Below, in pieces: positions 35,345-44,882 of a stretch of 64,000 bases of DNA (position 1 is the first letter of the stretch; each line of letters starts with the position of its first letter). The position numbers were made by a program, and so were the translations under genes. The DNA lies in the IMG/VR virus record IMGVR_UViG_3300034071_002576, positions 22,341 to 86,340 of that record; one strand, written 5' to 3'. Below the pieces are notes generated by a model, which saw nothing but the letters and a program-made list of their open reading frames with translations, searched no databases and was not told the DNA's origin. The DNA comes from a virus.

Positions 35345-36022
35345 ATGGCAACACGTCGTCCACTAGTACTTGTTAACGGCGTTACCTCGGAGCTGCCTGC
35401 TGGCGACGTTGTTGTAGATCCCTCGGGGATTGCGCCAGGCTCAGCTAATCAGGTTCTTCAAACCAATGCTGGCGGCACTGCGACTGAGTGGCGCAGCAAC
35501 GTTGTTGTACCTGGCACACTCAATACCGCTGGTGTAGCTGTTTTTGCTAGCGGTGTCGGGATTTCTGGCGCGGCGCAGTTCGGCGGCACTGCCACTGTGG
35601 CTGGGGCGGTTACTCTGCAGGGGGCCGCCACCGTTGCTGGGACGGCCACTCTTCAAGGGGCTGTAACCGTTTCCGGTGCTGCGACGTTTGGCGGCGCGGT
35701 TATAGTTAATACTTCTGGTGCTCTGACGCTGCCTGAGGGTACGACGGCAGAACGGCCTGCGGTTCCTGCGTCTGGTGATATTCGGTTTAATACCACTCTT
35801 ACTCAGTTCGAGGGTTATAACGGTACTGCTTGGGGTGCGTTAGGTGGCGGCGGCGGCGCCGTGGGCTCAGGCACAAACGCAGTTTTTTATGAGAATGATA
35901 CGACCGTTACAGGTAGCTACACTATAACTACGGGTAAAAACGCAATGACCGCTGGTCCCATCACGGTTCTCAGCGGTGTCACCGTTACTGTTCCCTCCGG
36001 TTCTAGCTGGACTGTTGTCTAA
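35345..36022 (+). CDS. tail fibre-related protein
   Basis: Beta repeats; LPEGTTAERP, IRFNTT...FEGYNGTAWG, NAMTAGPIT. Confidence 0.7.
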   Translation: MATRRPLVLVNGVTSELPAGDVVVDPSGIAPGSANQVLQTNAGGTATEWRSNVVVPGTLNTAGVAVFASGVGISGAAQFGGTATVAGAVTLQGAATVAGTATLQGAVTVSGAATFGGAVIVNTSGALTLPEGTTAERPAVPASGDIRFNTTLTQFEGYNGTAWGALGGGGGAVGSGTNAVFYENDTTVTGSYTITTGKNAMTAGPITVLSGVTVTVPSGSSWTVV

Positions 36023-37137
36023 TGTCTATCGAAATTAATGGCGCTGGTGTTATCACCGGTGTAGATAGCCTCAGCACTCCTGCTGTTACTAACGCGGCGG
36101 GTTCGGCTTCCGCTCCCAGTATTACGTTTACTGGTGACAGTAATACTGGTATATATTCTCCGGCAGCGGATACTATTGCTTTTACAGAGGGTGGCGTCGA
36201 ATCTTTAAGGATTGATTCTTCAGGAAGAGTAGGGATTGGCTCTACTGCGCCTGATGCTCCACTACAAGTAAACTCCGCTGCCGTTGGTGGCGCTGTAAAT
36301 GATGGCATCAAGATTCACATGCCCGCCAGTTTTGGCGGCGGTGGGACGGGGAACAGCTTGTTATTTACGGCCTTAAATGGATCATTTGCTCAAGTAAACT
36401 ATTCATCTATTGCAAGTTTAATCGAAACAAACACTGCAGGATCTCATTCTGGTATTCTAACCTTCAGAACTGCTTCAGGTGGCACTAATACCGAACGCGC
36501 CCGCATCGACAGCTCGGGACGCCTGTTAGTTGGCACGTCTACAGGTGTTGACGGAGCCTTGGTGCGCATAGAAGGTGGCATTTCTATCAACGGAGTAAAC
36601 AATACATCTGCTGTTAACTCTGCTGGCCATTACATCTCACCTGTCGTCAACAGTGCTGGTCAGAATACATGTAAATCAGCGACTAATGATACAAGTGGGT
36701 CGGGAGACCTGTGGCAATACTCGCGAATCAATACGGATGGAGTTATCTTCAGATTCCATAGAGGAACAACATCGGTCGGAACTGTTTCAATCACATCTAG
36801 CTCTACTTCTTATAACACATCTTCCGACTACCGTCTAAAGGAAAACGTTGTTCCACTAACTGGTGCTGTTGACCGCATCAATCAGCTTCAGGTTCACCGC
36901 TTTAACTTCATCACAGAGCCCGACAAGACAGTTGACGGTTTCATTGCTCACGAAGCCCAAGCCGTTGTCCCCGAGTGCGTTACTGGAACAAAGGATGAAG
37001 TTGATGCTGACGGCAACCCCGTCTACCAAGGCATTGACCAGTCCAAGCTAGTGCCTTTGCTGACGGCTGCATTGCAGGAAGCACTTCAGAAGATCGAAAC
37101 CCTTGAGCAGCGTCTAAATGATGCTGGCATTGCCTAG
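36022..37137 (+). CDS. tail fibre with C-terminal intramolecular chaperone (peptidase S74)
   Basis: RIDSSG repeats; SDYRLKENV...GFIAHE...QGIDQSKLVPLL. Confidence 0.85.
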   Translation: MSIEINGAGVITGVDSLSTPAVTNAAGSASAPSITFTGDSNTGIYSPAADTIAFTEGGVESLRIDSSGRVGIGSTAPDAPLQVNSAAVGGAVNDGIKIHMPASFGGGGTGNSLLFTALNGSFAQVNYSSIASLIETNTAGSHSGILTFRTASGGTNTERARIDSSGRLLVGTSTGVDGALVRIEGGISINGVNNTSAVNSAGHYISPVVNSAGQNTCKSATNDTSGSGDLWQYSRINTDGVIFRFHRGTTSVGTVSITSSSTSYNTSSDYRLKENVVPLTGAVDRINQLQVHRFNFITEPDKTVDGFIAHEAQAVVPECVTGTKDEVDADGNPVYQGIDQSKLVPLLTAALQEALQKIETLEQRLNDAGIA

Positions 37138-37281
37138 TAGTCCTACTCACTAAATGAGCTACCCCTCTTACTACTGCCAGCACTGCGGTCAACAAATCGG
37201 TTGGGTCGGTCGGTTCTTCCAACTGATCCGCCTTCCATTGCATCGTTGCCTGGCGTAGTAGTCACCTTCACTACTAATTCC

Positions 37282-37309
37282 AGCTCGGTTTCTCGACCGA
37301 GCTTTTTTT
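37282..37309 (+). terminator. intrinsic terminator between the convergent fibre genes
   Basis: AGCTCGGT-ttctcg-ACCGAGCT followed by T-tract. Confidence 0.75.
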
Positions 37310-37406
37310 ATGTTTGTAAATTTCCCACGTGGGCACGGCTCTGTGTCCAGAGCACCTGCGTAAGGCACAGGTACGCTGGACAGATTAGCGGGCGGGGCTA
37401 CGCGGC

Positions 37407-39002
37407 TCAGCAAGCCAGCAGCACGCAAGGCACGCAGTAGCTGCCATCGTCGTAGGTGCAGGTGATGTGGTTGGAAGTCACCTTGGCGATGGTTTTGCTG
37501 CGAACGATGTCATCGTCTTGGGGCTTGGCGGTGCCGTCACCAGCAGACATCAGCAGTTGACCGCGATGCACTGGAATTCCCGCTGAGATACGGATGATGA
37601 AGTCACCCGTCATTGCGCAGTAGAAATCATCGGTGTAGGTGTCATCGTCATCGTCCCAGCACTGGAACACGCCGGCCACGTTTGGGTCGCCTTCAACGTC
37701 ACTCACCTGGGTACGGTTGAGTTGCTCATTATCTTCTTCACCCCATGCACACATCTCGTCAATGTTTTTCAGCACAGTACCGCGCAAAATTTCAGTGCGT
37801 TCCGCTCCACCAGGGAGCTGGGACCAGCGACTTAGGTGAGCACCGTTGTAGCTGACGGTTGTGCCCGAAACGGAAATAGAACCTTCCGATGTTTGTGCTT
37901 GTTGAAAATCAATAAGCGTTCCATCGCTTGCTGGTCTATTTATGAGCTGTCCACCAACGCTGTTTACCTGCCAAATGCGCTGAGTAGTTGAGTTACTAAT
38001 ATTGCTAAATGCTTGAATGAGTGCCCCGCCAGTGCCTCCTGCTGGGTTGGCGTTGTCAATCCGCAAAGCAGCAGAAGTTTCCCCGTTAGCGTCAACGTTT
38101 TGCGAAATCCTTAGCGCGTAAGTATTTGCGCCGCTGCTATTACCATTATGGCCTTGGATATGTGCTAAACACTGCCCAGATGAGCTGTTATTGTAAACAC
38201 CAAATAGCAAAGGTTGTTGACCGGAATAGCTGCCAGACGTTCCACCGGGGATGTCAACTAAACCAGTGGAGGAAATCCTCATCCGCTCCGTCGGGCTGCT
38301 CGCTCCGTCGGCGGTAGTGGAGAACACTAAGCGGCCTGGATAATCACCTGATCCAGCATTTGCATCGGCGGTGCATCGAATCTGTGCGAATGAATTGCCG
38401 GACGAGTCGTTAAACTTTATGTAGCCAATGTCCTCGCCCGAGGTGATTGAGGTTGCAGCCTCTCCACGTTGTATTGAAATAGATCCATGTCCAGTTGGGC
38501 CAGTGGTATTTCCTTGAACAACCGCTAAGTCAAACTGGCCATCACCTGCGCTAGGCGCAGTAGACGTGCCAACTAAGAGGCGTCCCGATGTATCAATACG
38601 AGCTCGTTCTGAATCACTCGTCCAAAGGGTTAGAGGTAAGTTGGCCCCCGTTTGGCCTTGAATACGAAAAGTGCTGCCAATTGAACCAAGTTGGCCAACG
38701 CCTGCTCCTGAAGAGTCTCTGATGGCTAGTACGCCTTGGACTGTTAAGGCTTGATCTGGGCTAGTAGTGCCAATCCCTACTTGCCCTGAAGAGCTAATAT
38801 AAAGTCGTGCGGAACCCCCCGTGGTGAGCGCAACCTGATCCCCACCAGGACTATAAATACCTGTATTCGCGTCGCCAGTTACATAAATAGAAGGGGCGGA
38901 TGCCGAGCCGGTTTGAATCGCTACGTTGCCGGACGCATCTAGAGCAAGGTTTGTGCTTGCCGAATCAGGGCTCTTGAGATTGTAGGTATTCAGGGTGCTC
39001 AT
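37407..39002 (-). CDS. tail fibre protein, opposite orientation
   Basis: GSASAPSI...NTGIYSP, ERARIDTSGRLLVGTS, PGRLVFSTTADGASSPTERMRI. Confidence 0.8.
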   Translation of the reverse strand: MSTLNTYNLKSPDSASTNLALDASGNVAIQTGSASAPSIYVTGDANTGIYSPGGDQVALTTGGSARLYISSSGQVGIGTTSPDQALTVQGVLAIRDSSGAGVGQLGSIGSTFRIQGQTGANLPLTLWTSDSERARIDTSGRLLVGTSTAPSAGDGQFDLAVVQGNTTGPTGHGSISIQRGEAATSITSGEDIGYIKFNDSSGNSFAQIRCTADANAGSGDYPGRLVFSTTADGASSPTERMRISSTGLVDIPGGTSGSYSGQQPLLFGVYNNSSSGQCLAHIQGHNGNSSGANTYALRISQNVDANGETSAALRIDNANPAGGTGGALIQAFSNISNSTTQRIWQVNSVGGQLINRPASDGTLIDFQQAQTSEGSISVSGTTVSYNGAHLSRWSQLPGGAERTEILRGTVLKNIDEMCAWGEEDNEQLNRTQVSDVEGDPNVAGVFQCWDDDDDTYTDDFYCAMTGDFIIRISAGIPVHRGQLLMSAGDGTAKPQDDDIVRSKTIAKVTSNHITCTYDDGSYCVPCVLLAC

Positions 39003-39156
39003 GATCTGCGAGCCTTAATCGCAAAGGACTGAGTAGCGGCTAGCGTAGGAACGCAGTCCACTGGGCTACTTATAACTTTAGCAACGCTGACGCAATAAAT
39101 CGCCGCTGTTTTTACGACGGTCTTTGCTAATCTTAGAAAACAGTCACCGCAGCCCC

Positions 39157-39477
39157 GTGGCAACCACTTTTACTTGGCACATTGCTCAACTTGAGCGCAA
39201 GACCGACGACGGTTTTGTTTTCACTGCACACTATACAATCGACGCTAAAGACGACACGTATAGCTCTGGTGCATACGGCAGTATCGGATTCGAACGTCCG
39301 GAAAATCTGATTCCTTATTCTGATTTAACTGAGGAGCTTTGCATTCAGTGGGTGCAGGAAGCTCTGGGTGCTGAAAAAGTAACTGAGATTGAAGCGGCCC
39401 TTCAGACTCAGCTGGACCAGCAGCGCCACCCCACGACTGCCGCCGGTGTTCCTTGGGCGAGCGCGCCTGTTTCCTGA
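39157..39477 (+). CDS. fibre-associated phage protein
   Basis: TWHIAQLER, LIPYSDLTEE...WVQEALG, GVPW; GTG start. Confidence 0.6.
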   Translation: MATTFTWHIAQLERKTDDGFVFTAHYTIDAKDDTYSSGAYGSIGFERPENLIPYSDLTEELCIQWVQEALGAEKVTEIEAALQTQLDQQRHPTTAAGVPWASAPVS

Positions 39478-39643
39478 CAACCCGGACCGTTGTACTGCTA
39501 GTCGGGTCTCGGTTCGCCGCGCGACTTGGGTTGCGAAGTCTTGAGATTGCCTTAAAAGCCGACCTTGCGTCGTCGAACCGAGCCTTGGGCTAATAGCTTC
39601 AACAAGCCATTGACCGGCTCTAGACAAGGGCCGACCTTTCTTC

Positions 39644-39925
39644 GTGTCTAGTTATCTGTTCAGCAATCGGCCTGACCGCGAGGTTTATTTGAGTCTCGCT
39701 AATAGACCTCGCAAGCGAGATGCGACAAGTCAATACCGCGGGGTTTCAAAAAACACAAACCCGAACAAACCCTTTCGTGCGGCACTAAAGCACAAAGGGC
39801 GGAATTATTACCTTGGGTCTTATAAGACTGAGCTTGAAGCCGCAAAGGCTTACAACAAAGCCGCACTGCGGATCGTGGGAGAGTACGCTGTGATCAACGA
39901 TCTGTCAGACGCTACAGATCGCTAA
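39644..39925 (+). CDS. stand-alone AP2-domain DNA-binding protein
   Basis: SQYRGV, YLGSYKTELEAAKAYN, GEYAVIN. Confidence 0.8.
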   Translation: MSSYLFSNRPDREVYLSLANRPRKRDATSQYRGVSKNTNPNKPFRAALKHKGRNYYLGSYKTELEAAKAYNKAALRIVGEYAVINDLSDATDR

Positions 39926-39935
39926 AAACAACAAC

Positions 39936-40298
39936 ATGTTTAACGAGCAACGGTGTCCCAAGTGCAACGAGTACGGGTTTGCGACCCAAGAATCGCGCAA
40001 AACACGTGAAGCTACCCGGCGCCGTCGGGTTTGTTCAAGCTGTGACTACCGGCAAACGACCTACGAGGTGTCTCAGGTTTGGTATCGCGAGGCTCAGAAA
40101 AATCGTGACATTGTCTCGAAACTAGAAGAAGTTATGGGTCTGCATTCCCAAGGAGGAGCAGACAAAACTAAATCTTTTAAAGCGTTCTGTTCGATGTGTA
40201 CTTTTATGACCGACCGCGGGTGCTCCTTTGGTTTCCCTGAAGCCGGCGGGGATTTTGCGACAGAATGCAGTCAGTACACCCCCTCGGAACATGGCTGA
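39936..40298 (+). CDS. NrdR-like zinc-ribbon protein
   Basis: CPKC...ESR...RRRRVCSSC...TTYE plus C-terminal Cys cluster; no ATP-cone. Confidence 0.65.
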   Translation: MFNEQRCPKCNEYGFATQESRKTREATRRRRVCSSCDYRQTTYEVSQVWYREAQKNRDIVSKLEEVMGLHSQGGADKTKSFKAFCSMCTFMTDRGCSFGFPEAGGDFATECSQYTPSEHG

Positions 40299-40512
40299 CA
40301 TCGCGAAATGTGCCAGCGGGGAAAATTGTCCTCTGCGCACACGGTGCTACCGTTACCTTGTTACGCCGGGATCTCGTCAGAGTTACGCGTACTTTCCCGA
40401 AATCGGGTCGAAGTGTACTTATTTTATTCCTGACAACAGTGAGTTTGAAGTTTCCGATCGGAACCCACGTGGGCAAGAAAAAGCCCTCAGCCAATCTGTC
40501 GCTGCCGAATAA
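40291..40512 (+). CDS. small Cys-rich protein
   Basis: MADIAKC...CPLRTRCYRY. Confidence 0.5.
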   Translation: MADIAKCASGENCPLRTRCYRYLVTPGSRQSYAYFPEIGSKCTYFIPDNSEFEVSDRNPRGQEKALSQSVAAE

Positions 40513-40675
40513 GCATGGTGTTGTTATCGGACACGGCGAACGCCGTAATGCGAAAGGTGCGATCATGCGTTTCTACATTGTCGAGACTACGCACTCGTCC
40601 CGTCCTGAAGAGTGGGCTCCTGGGATTACTTATCCCTTGGACGCTGATATCAAAGACAACGTTGCATTCGTTTGA
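40439..40675 (+). CDS. hypothetical protein
   Basis: GTG start, LKFPIGTHV; stop overlaps the deaminase start. Confidence 0.4.
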   Translation: MSLKFPIGTHVGKKKPSANLSLPNKHGVVIGHGERRNAKGAIMRFYIVETTHSSRPEEWAPGITYPLDADIKDNVAFV

Positions 40676-41115
40676 ACGTGTCCTGGGATCATCGCTTTTT
40701 AGACCTTGCGAAGAGCCTCGCAGCATGGAGCAAGGATCCATCGACGCCTGTCGGCGCTGTGGCGGTGCGAGATCGCCGCATCTTAGGAACTGGATACAAC
40801 GGCTTTCCCCACGGTATTGCCGACCTTCCAGGCCGCCTGTCGAATAGGAACGAGAAGCTTCTGCGCACTGTGCACGCAGAGGCCAACATCGTTGCTCACG
40901 CGGCACGTAATGGAGTCGCTTTGGACGGCGCCACGGTTTATGTCTGGCCTTTTCTACCTTGCAGCAACTGCTGCACGCTGTTGATTCAAGCCGGAATCGA
41001 ACGCGTGGTCGCGCCGGATTTTCCGATTCCGGACCGCTGGGCTGAGAGTTTTAAAATGTCTCAGTCCATGTTTGACGAAGCTAAAGTTGATTTGACCCTT
41101 TTAGAGGTGTCTTAA
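40672..41115 (+). CDS. dCMP deaminase
   Basis: SKDPSTPVGA, GYNG, HAEAN, PCSNC. Confidence 0.9.
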   Translation: MNVSWDHRFLDLAKSLAAWSKDPSTPVGAVAVRDRRILGTGYNGFPHGIADLPGRLSNRNEKLLRTVHAEANIVAHAARNGVALDGATVYVWPFLPCSNCCTLLIQAGIERVVAPDFPIPDRWAESFKMSQSMFDEAKVDLTLLEVS

Positions 41116-41202
41116 TGGAACTCGTTGGAGATCCGCTAAGTCTATTTATAAAATTCTCTATTTTATATATTTGCGTTTGCGTTTTGTTACTCTGGGTTGC
41201 TT

Positions 41203-41919
41203 CTAAAATTCTTCCGTAGATCCGTGCACTGCGACGTACATATTGTCGTACGGACGGATCTCGGCCACGTTGTAACCCAAGCCCCGCAGGTGATCGAACA
41301 ATTGTTTTTTCTGCGGGGCGAACCAATCGTCGTTGTTGGCTTCGAAGATGATCGGCGGGTAGTCGCTGCGTTTTAGGGTTAGGGCGGCGCCCCGCAGTGC
41401 GGCCAGCTCGTTGCCCTCGATGTCCAGCTTGATCAGGCCGACATCTTCGATATGGTAGTTATCTAAGTTCATGGCCTCCACCCGCTCCGTGTGCAGCACA
41501 GGCTCACGAGGGATTAGCAGGGTTGAGCCGCCTCCATCCTCGGACACGACCGATAGGGTCACGGTTTGATGCGCGTGGACCTTATCTGTGATGGCGATGT
41601 GCTTGGGGATGATGTTGGTTTTTTCGTTAATGAAGATGTTGCCGCACAGCTGGTAGAACGTGCGACGTTGTGCTTCGAATGCAAGAACTTCTTTGAAATG
41701 ATCTGCGAGCAGGATGGAGTAGCTGCCCATGTGGGCGCCACAGTCGATGAAAACTTTGGTTTTGTCGGCGAACCGTTTGGCCCAGTCAATCAGGTGACGC
41801 TCAGGGATTCCGACGTTGTGCATCTGGCAGCGCCCCGAGTCGTCGTCGTGCATCAAAAATGCGACGGACGGGGTGGGCACAATCAGCGATTCTTTCGGAC
41901 CCCAGAGATAAGTAGTCAC
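41203..41919 (-). CDS. FkbM-family methyltransferase
   Basis: IDCGAHMG, FEA, KLDIEGNE. Confidence 0.85.
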   Translation of the reverse strand: MTTYLWGPKESLIVPTPSVAFLMHDDDSGRCQMHNVGIPERHLIDWAKRFADKTKVFIDCGAHMGSYSILLADHFKEVLAFEAQRRTFYQLCGNIFINEKTNIIPKHIAITDKVHAHQTVTLSVVSEDGGGSTLLIPREPVLHTERVEAMNLDNYHIEDVGLIKLDIEGNELAALRGAALTLKRSDYPPIIFEANNDDWFAPQKKQLFDHLRGLGYNVAEIRPYDNMYVAVHGSTEEF

Positions 41920-41963
41920 GAGCTCGGACTGAGTGTTAACATAGTAGCAGCTTTAGGCTGATT

Positions 41964-42746
41964 TTGGATACGACCGCGCCCGCTATACCCGTTATCGGTA
42001 CGGCTTGTGTTAACGCACCACATTGGGTGTACAGGTTGTTCTACAGCATTGATTATCCCGTTGAGACGTTTGTAGTCTTCAACAACAATGGACGCGACCA
42101 GATTACTGAGCAACTCGATTTGCTTAAGAGCGTCCCTCATCGGTATGTGAAGAAGGTAGTCGTGTGTCACCTTCCAGCAAACCTCGGGTGTTCCGGAGCG
42201 TGGAACCTGATTATCAAGTCGTACATGACGGCGCCTTACTGGATGATCGTCAACCACGATCTTATGTTTACGCCTGGTTTCCTGAAGGCGGCGGTTGCGC
42301 ATGCGGAGGACGGGGACACCGGGATTGTGCATGGCGAGAACGGCAGCTGGGACTTCTTCCTGATTAAGGATTGGGTTGTTCAACAGTTCGGTCTGTTTGA
42401 TGAGAATTTATATCCTGCGTACTGTGAAGATATGGACTACGGGATGCGGTTCAAACACAAAGAGTTAAAACGTGCAATGTCCGTCGGGGTGCCGTATTAC
42501 CACGGTGAGACGGCTGGGGATTATCTGGACGGATCGCAAACCTGGCGCAGCGAACCTGAGCTCGCGCAGGGTATTCACCGGGCGCATGAGCTTAACAAGC
42601 AGTATCTCCACGCCAAATGGTCTCCAGCGTGGCAGCACCATATCGAAGGCGATGTATACAAGACTCCTTTTAATAACCCAAGCATTCCCTTGGATTTCAC
42701 GACGTACGATCTACATTTTGTCCGCCAGAAAAATTTGGGTTTTTAG
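41964..42746 (+). CDS. GT-A (GT2-like) glycosyltransferase
   Basis: NLGCSGAWN, NHD, GLFDENLYPAYCEDMDY. Confidence 0.8.
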   Translation: MDTTAPAIPVIGTACVNAPHWVYRLFYSIDYPVETFVVFNNNGRDQITEQLDLLKSVPHRYVKKVVVCHLPANLGCSGAWNLIIKSYMTAPYWMIVNHDLMFTPGFLKAAVAHAEDGDTGIVHGENGSWDFFLIKDWVVQQFGLFDENLYPAYCEDMDYGMRFKHKELKRAMSVGVPYYHGETAGDYLDGSQTWRSEPELAQGIHRAHELNKQYLHAKWSPAWQHHIEGDVYKTPFNNPSIPLDFTTYDLHFVRQKNLGF

Positions 42747-43072
42747 TGATGGAGTTTCCGTGCACTGGTTGCGGCGGGTGTTGCCGCTTGTTAGGGGGAA
42801 TTTTAAAGAGTCCGGAAACACAGGAAAATTACGTTATGCGATTGGCTGCGGAGACTTTTCCTTACAAAACTGATTCTTCGGGAGCTTGTGAGAAGTTGGT
42901 CGACGGTAAGTGCAGTGTGTATGAGGATAGACCTTTACTGTGTAACGTTAAAGAATTAGGAGCGGCAATGCGGGTCAACGAAACTCAGTGGTTTAAAGCG
43001 AACGCGTTGGCCTGCAACCGAATCATCGATTTGTTGAACTTAGACCCTAGTTACAAAATTACAGATTTTTAA
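42746..43072 (+). CDS. YkgJ-family CxxCxxCC protein
   Basis: CTGCGGCC...CSVYEDRPLLC. Confidence 0.8.
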   Translation: MMEFPCTGCGGCCRLLGGILKSPETQENYVMRLAAETFPYKTDSSGACEKLVDGKCSVYEDRPLLCNVKELGAAMRVNETQWFKANALACNRIIDLLNLDPSYKITDF

Positions 43073-43080
43073 TTAAACTT

Positions 43081-43395
43081 ATGGATCACCATGTTGTTAG
43101 GGAGATGCCGTTTTATTCCTCTCATACAACTGAGGGTTCTCTCGTAAACACCCTCCGAGAAATCTTAGACAGACGTCAGATAACGTCTTTTAAGCTGAGC
43201 AAATTATCTGATCTATCTCCTACTACAACACGTAAGATATATTACGACCAGTATTACATTCCGTCTCCGGATGTTCTAGAGAGAATTTGTTTAAGTCTGA
43301 ATGTCCAACCTGGCGAGATCTTGAAGATTTCGCCTAAACTGGAGTCAACAGTAGCAATGGTGTTAGGTTCCGGTGTTCTCCCCTCAGGATTATGA
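43081..43395 (+). CDS. Cro/C1-type HTH regulator
   Basis: LSKLSDLSPTT...LERICLSLNVQPGEIL. Confidence 0.75.
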   Translation: MDHHVVREMPFYSSHTTEGSLVNTLREILDRRQITSFKLSKLSDLSPTTTRKIYYDQYYIPSPDVLERICLSLNVQPGEILKISPKLESTVAMVLGSGVLPSGL

Positions 43396-43876
43396 ATTAG
43401 CTGCTCGTCTGCTCGGGCTTCCGGTTCCTAAAACCCCTGCCGAGTGCGCAGCCGCGGCTCCGATGACTGCAGCTGTGCTGCGTTCTTATTACAAAGCGCC
43501 TGCTCCGATGCCGGGGTTTGAAGGCGACGGCATTAACACTTCTGCGACCCGGTCTCTCAATCCGCAGCCCCGCGTGGCTCAACCCGAAGCTAGGGACCAG
43601 TTGACTCATCGTCTGACAGCTGGGGTTGTTTCTTCTGAGGATGAAGGTGAGATCGAACGGCTTATCGAATTGCTGATCGGTGACCCTGAGATGCGGGGCA
43701 TGTTTATGCAGTTCGTGCAGCAGATGATGGCACAAGCCGATGAGGGCGGTGAATACCTGAGCCGTCAACGTCCTCTTGAATACGATATTCCGAATTACGG
43801 CGGTCAGTATTCCGTGCTGAACGCACCTTCCAGCTCCACTATCCCCGCCTCTGTGCGTTACCAGGAGCTCGGGTGA
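43373..43876 (+). CDS. hypothetical protein
   Basis: 167-aa ORF. Confidence 0.6.
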   Translation: MFSPQDYELAARLLGLPVPKTPAECAAAAPMTAAVLRSYYKAPAPMPGFEGDGINTSATRSLNPQPRVAQPEARDQLTHRLTAGVVSSEDEGEIERLIELLIGDPEMRGMFMQFVQQMMAQADEGGEYLSRQRPLEYDIPNYGGQYSVLNAPSSSTIPASVRYQELG

Positions 43877-44109
43877 TGAACAGTATCGAGCATCGTCTTC
43901 GGGAGAATGATGTCCGGAATGATGCTCCGGACCTGAATCCGGATGAGTTTCTGAATCTTTATCTTGCGTCTAATTTTCCACAGACGACGGCTTTTCTTTC
44001 GGAGGAGCAACGTCTTCGTGGGGAACAAATGCAAGCGAAGGACGATACAGTAAACTACATGAAGAAGCCTCCATCCGGGACTTCTTTTGATCGACCGGAT
44101 CGCTACTAA
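43873..44109 (+). CDS. hypothetical protein
   Basis: 78 aa, overlaps neighbours. Confidence 0.55.
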   Translation: MMNSIEHRLRENDVRNDAPDLNPDEFLNLYLASNFPQTTAFLSEEQRLRGEQMQAKDDTVNYMKKPPSGTSFDRPDRY

Positions 44110-44882
44110 TGTCTCGGTACAGTTACGTTCCTGCTGGTCCCGGACAGCCTTTAGTTCAAGTTCCTTCTTTTGCAGCTCAAACTATGGCCGCTCCTGCGCT
44201 TGGTCCTGCTGTAGCTGCGGCTGCTGGCGGCACAGCCGCTGCTGGCGCCGGCAAGGAATTTTTGGCAGGTTTAATTAATAATCTCATTGCAGGGATTGCT
44301 GTTGAAGGCGCTCAGAAAGTGCTTTTCGATCCGGCGGGCGGCGCTATGGGTCCTTCCACGCTGCAAACAGAAACAGCTCTAGGGCGGAGTACTTACTTTA
44401 CATCTCCCGCTCAACAGCTTGAAGCTGAAAAGTATCTAGCTGGCGAACGAGTTAAACGAGCTCTGCTGGGTCTTATTCCTGGTATGGGCGATGTTCTTCC
44501 GCCCGTTCCTACGCGTGAAGAACTTGTTGGCGGCTTCCGTGACGGTGAGTTCACCGGTCAGGCCGCTCTAACCGAGGCGCAGGCTCGAAGTCTGACTGCC
44601 CGAGAGATCGAAAAGATTCGCGCCGAACGGGAGTTTGAACTTCAAGCTCGCTTAGCCGAGGCACAAGCAAGCGTTCAGCGCGAGAAAATTCGAGCGTTGT
44701 CTGAAGCGCAGTCAAAAGTCGAATCTCAGAAGGTTCAATCATTAGGTGAAGTACAGAGTCAGCGCTTGCAGTCTCAGTACGGAGCCGCGTCTAATCTGCT
44801 CGATTCTGCCATTAAAAACATCGCCTTCCGCGATAGAATCGAATCAGCAGACACCCTGACCGAGTTAGCGAGGGCAGTTTAA
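44109..44882 (+). CDS. putative internal virion or ejection protein
   Basis: Ala-rich hydrophobic N-terminus and coiled coil; function is inference. Confidence 0.5.
   Translation: MSRYSYVPAGPGQPLVQVPSFAAQTMAAPALGPAVAAAAGGTAAAGAGKEFLAGLINNLIAGIAVEGAQKVLFDPAGGAMGPSTLQTETALGRSTYFTSPAQQLEAEKYLAGERVKRALLGLIPGMGDVLPPVPTREELVGGFRDGEFTGQAALTEAQARSLTAREIEKIRAEREFELQARLAEAQASVQREKIRALSEAQSKVESQKVQSLGEVQSQRLQSQYGAASNLLDSAIKNIAFRDRIESADTLTELARAV

Noticed and set aside
36022-39002. Diversity-generating retroelement acting on tail fibres
   Set aside because: No reverse transcriptase and no adenine-specific template/variable repeat pair seen in the window
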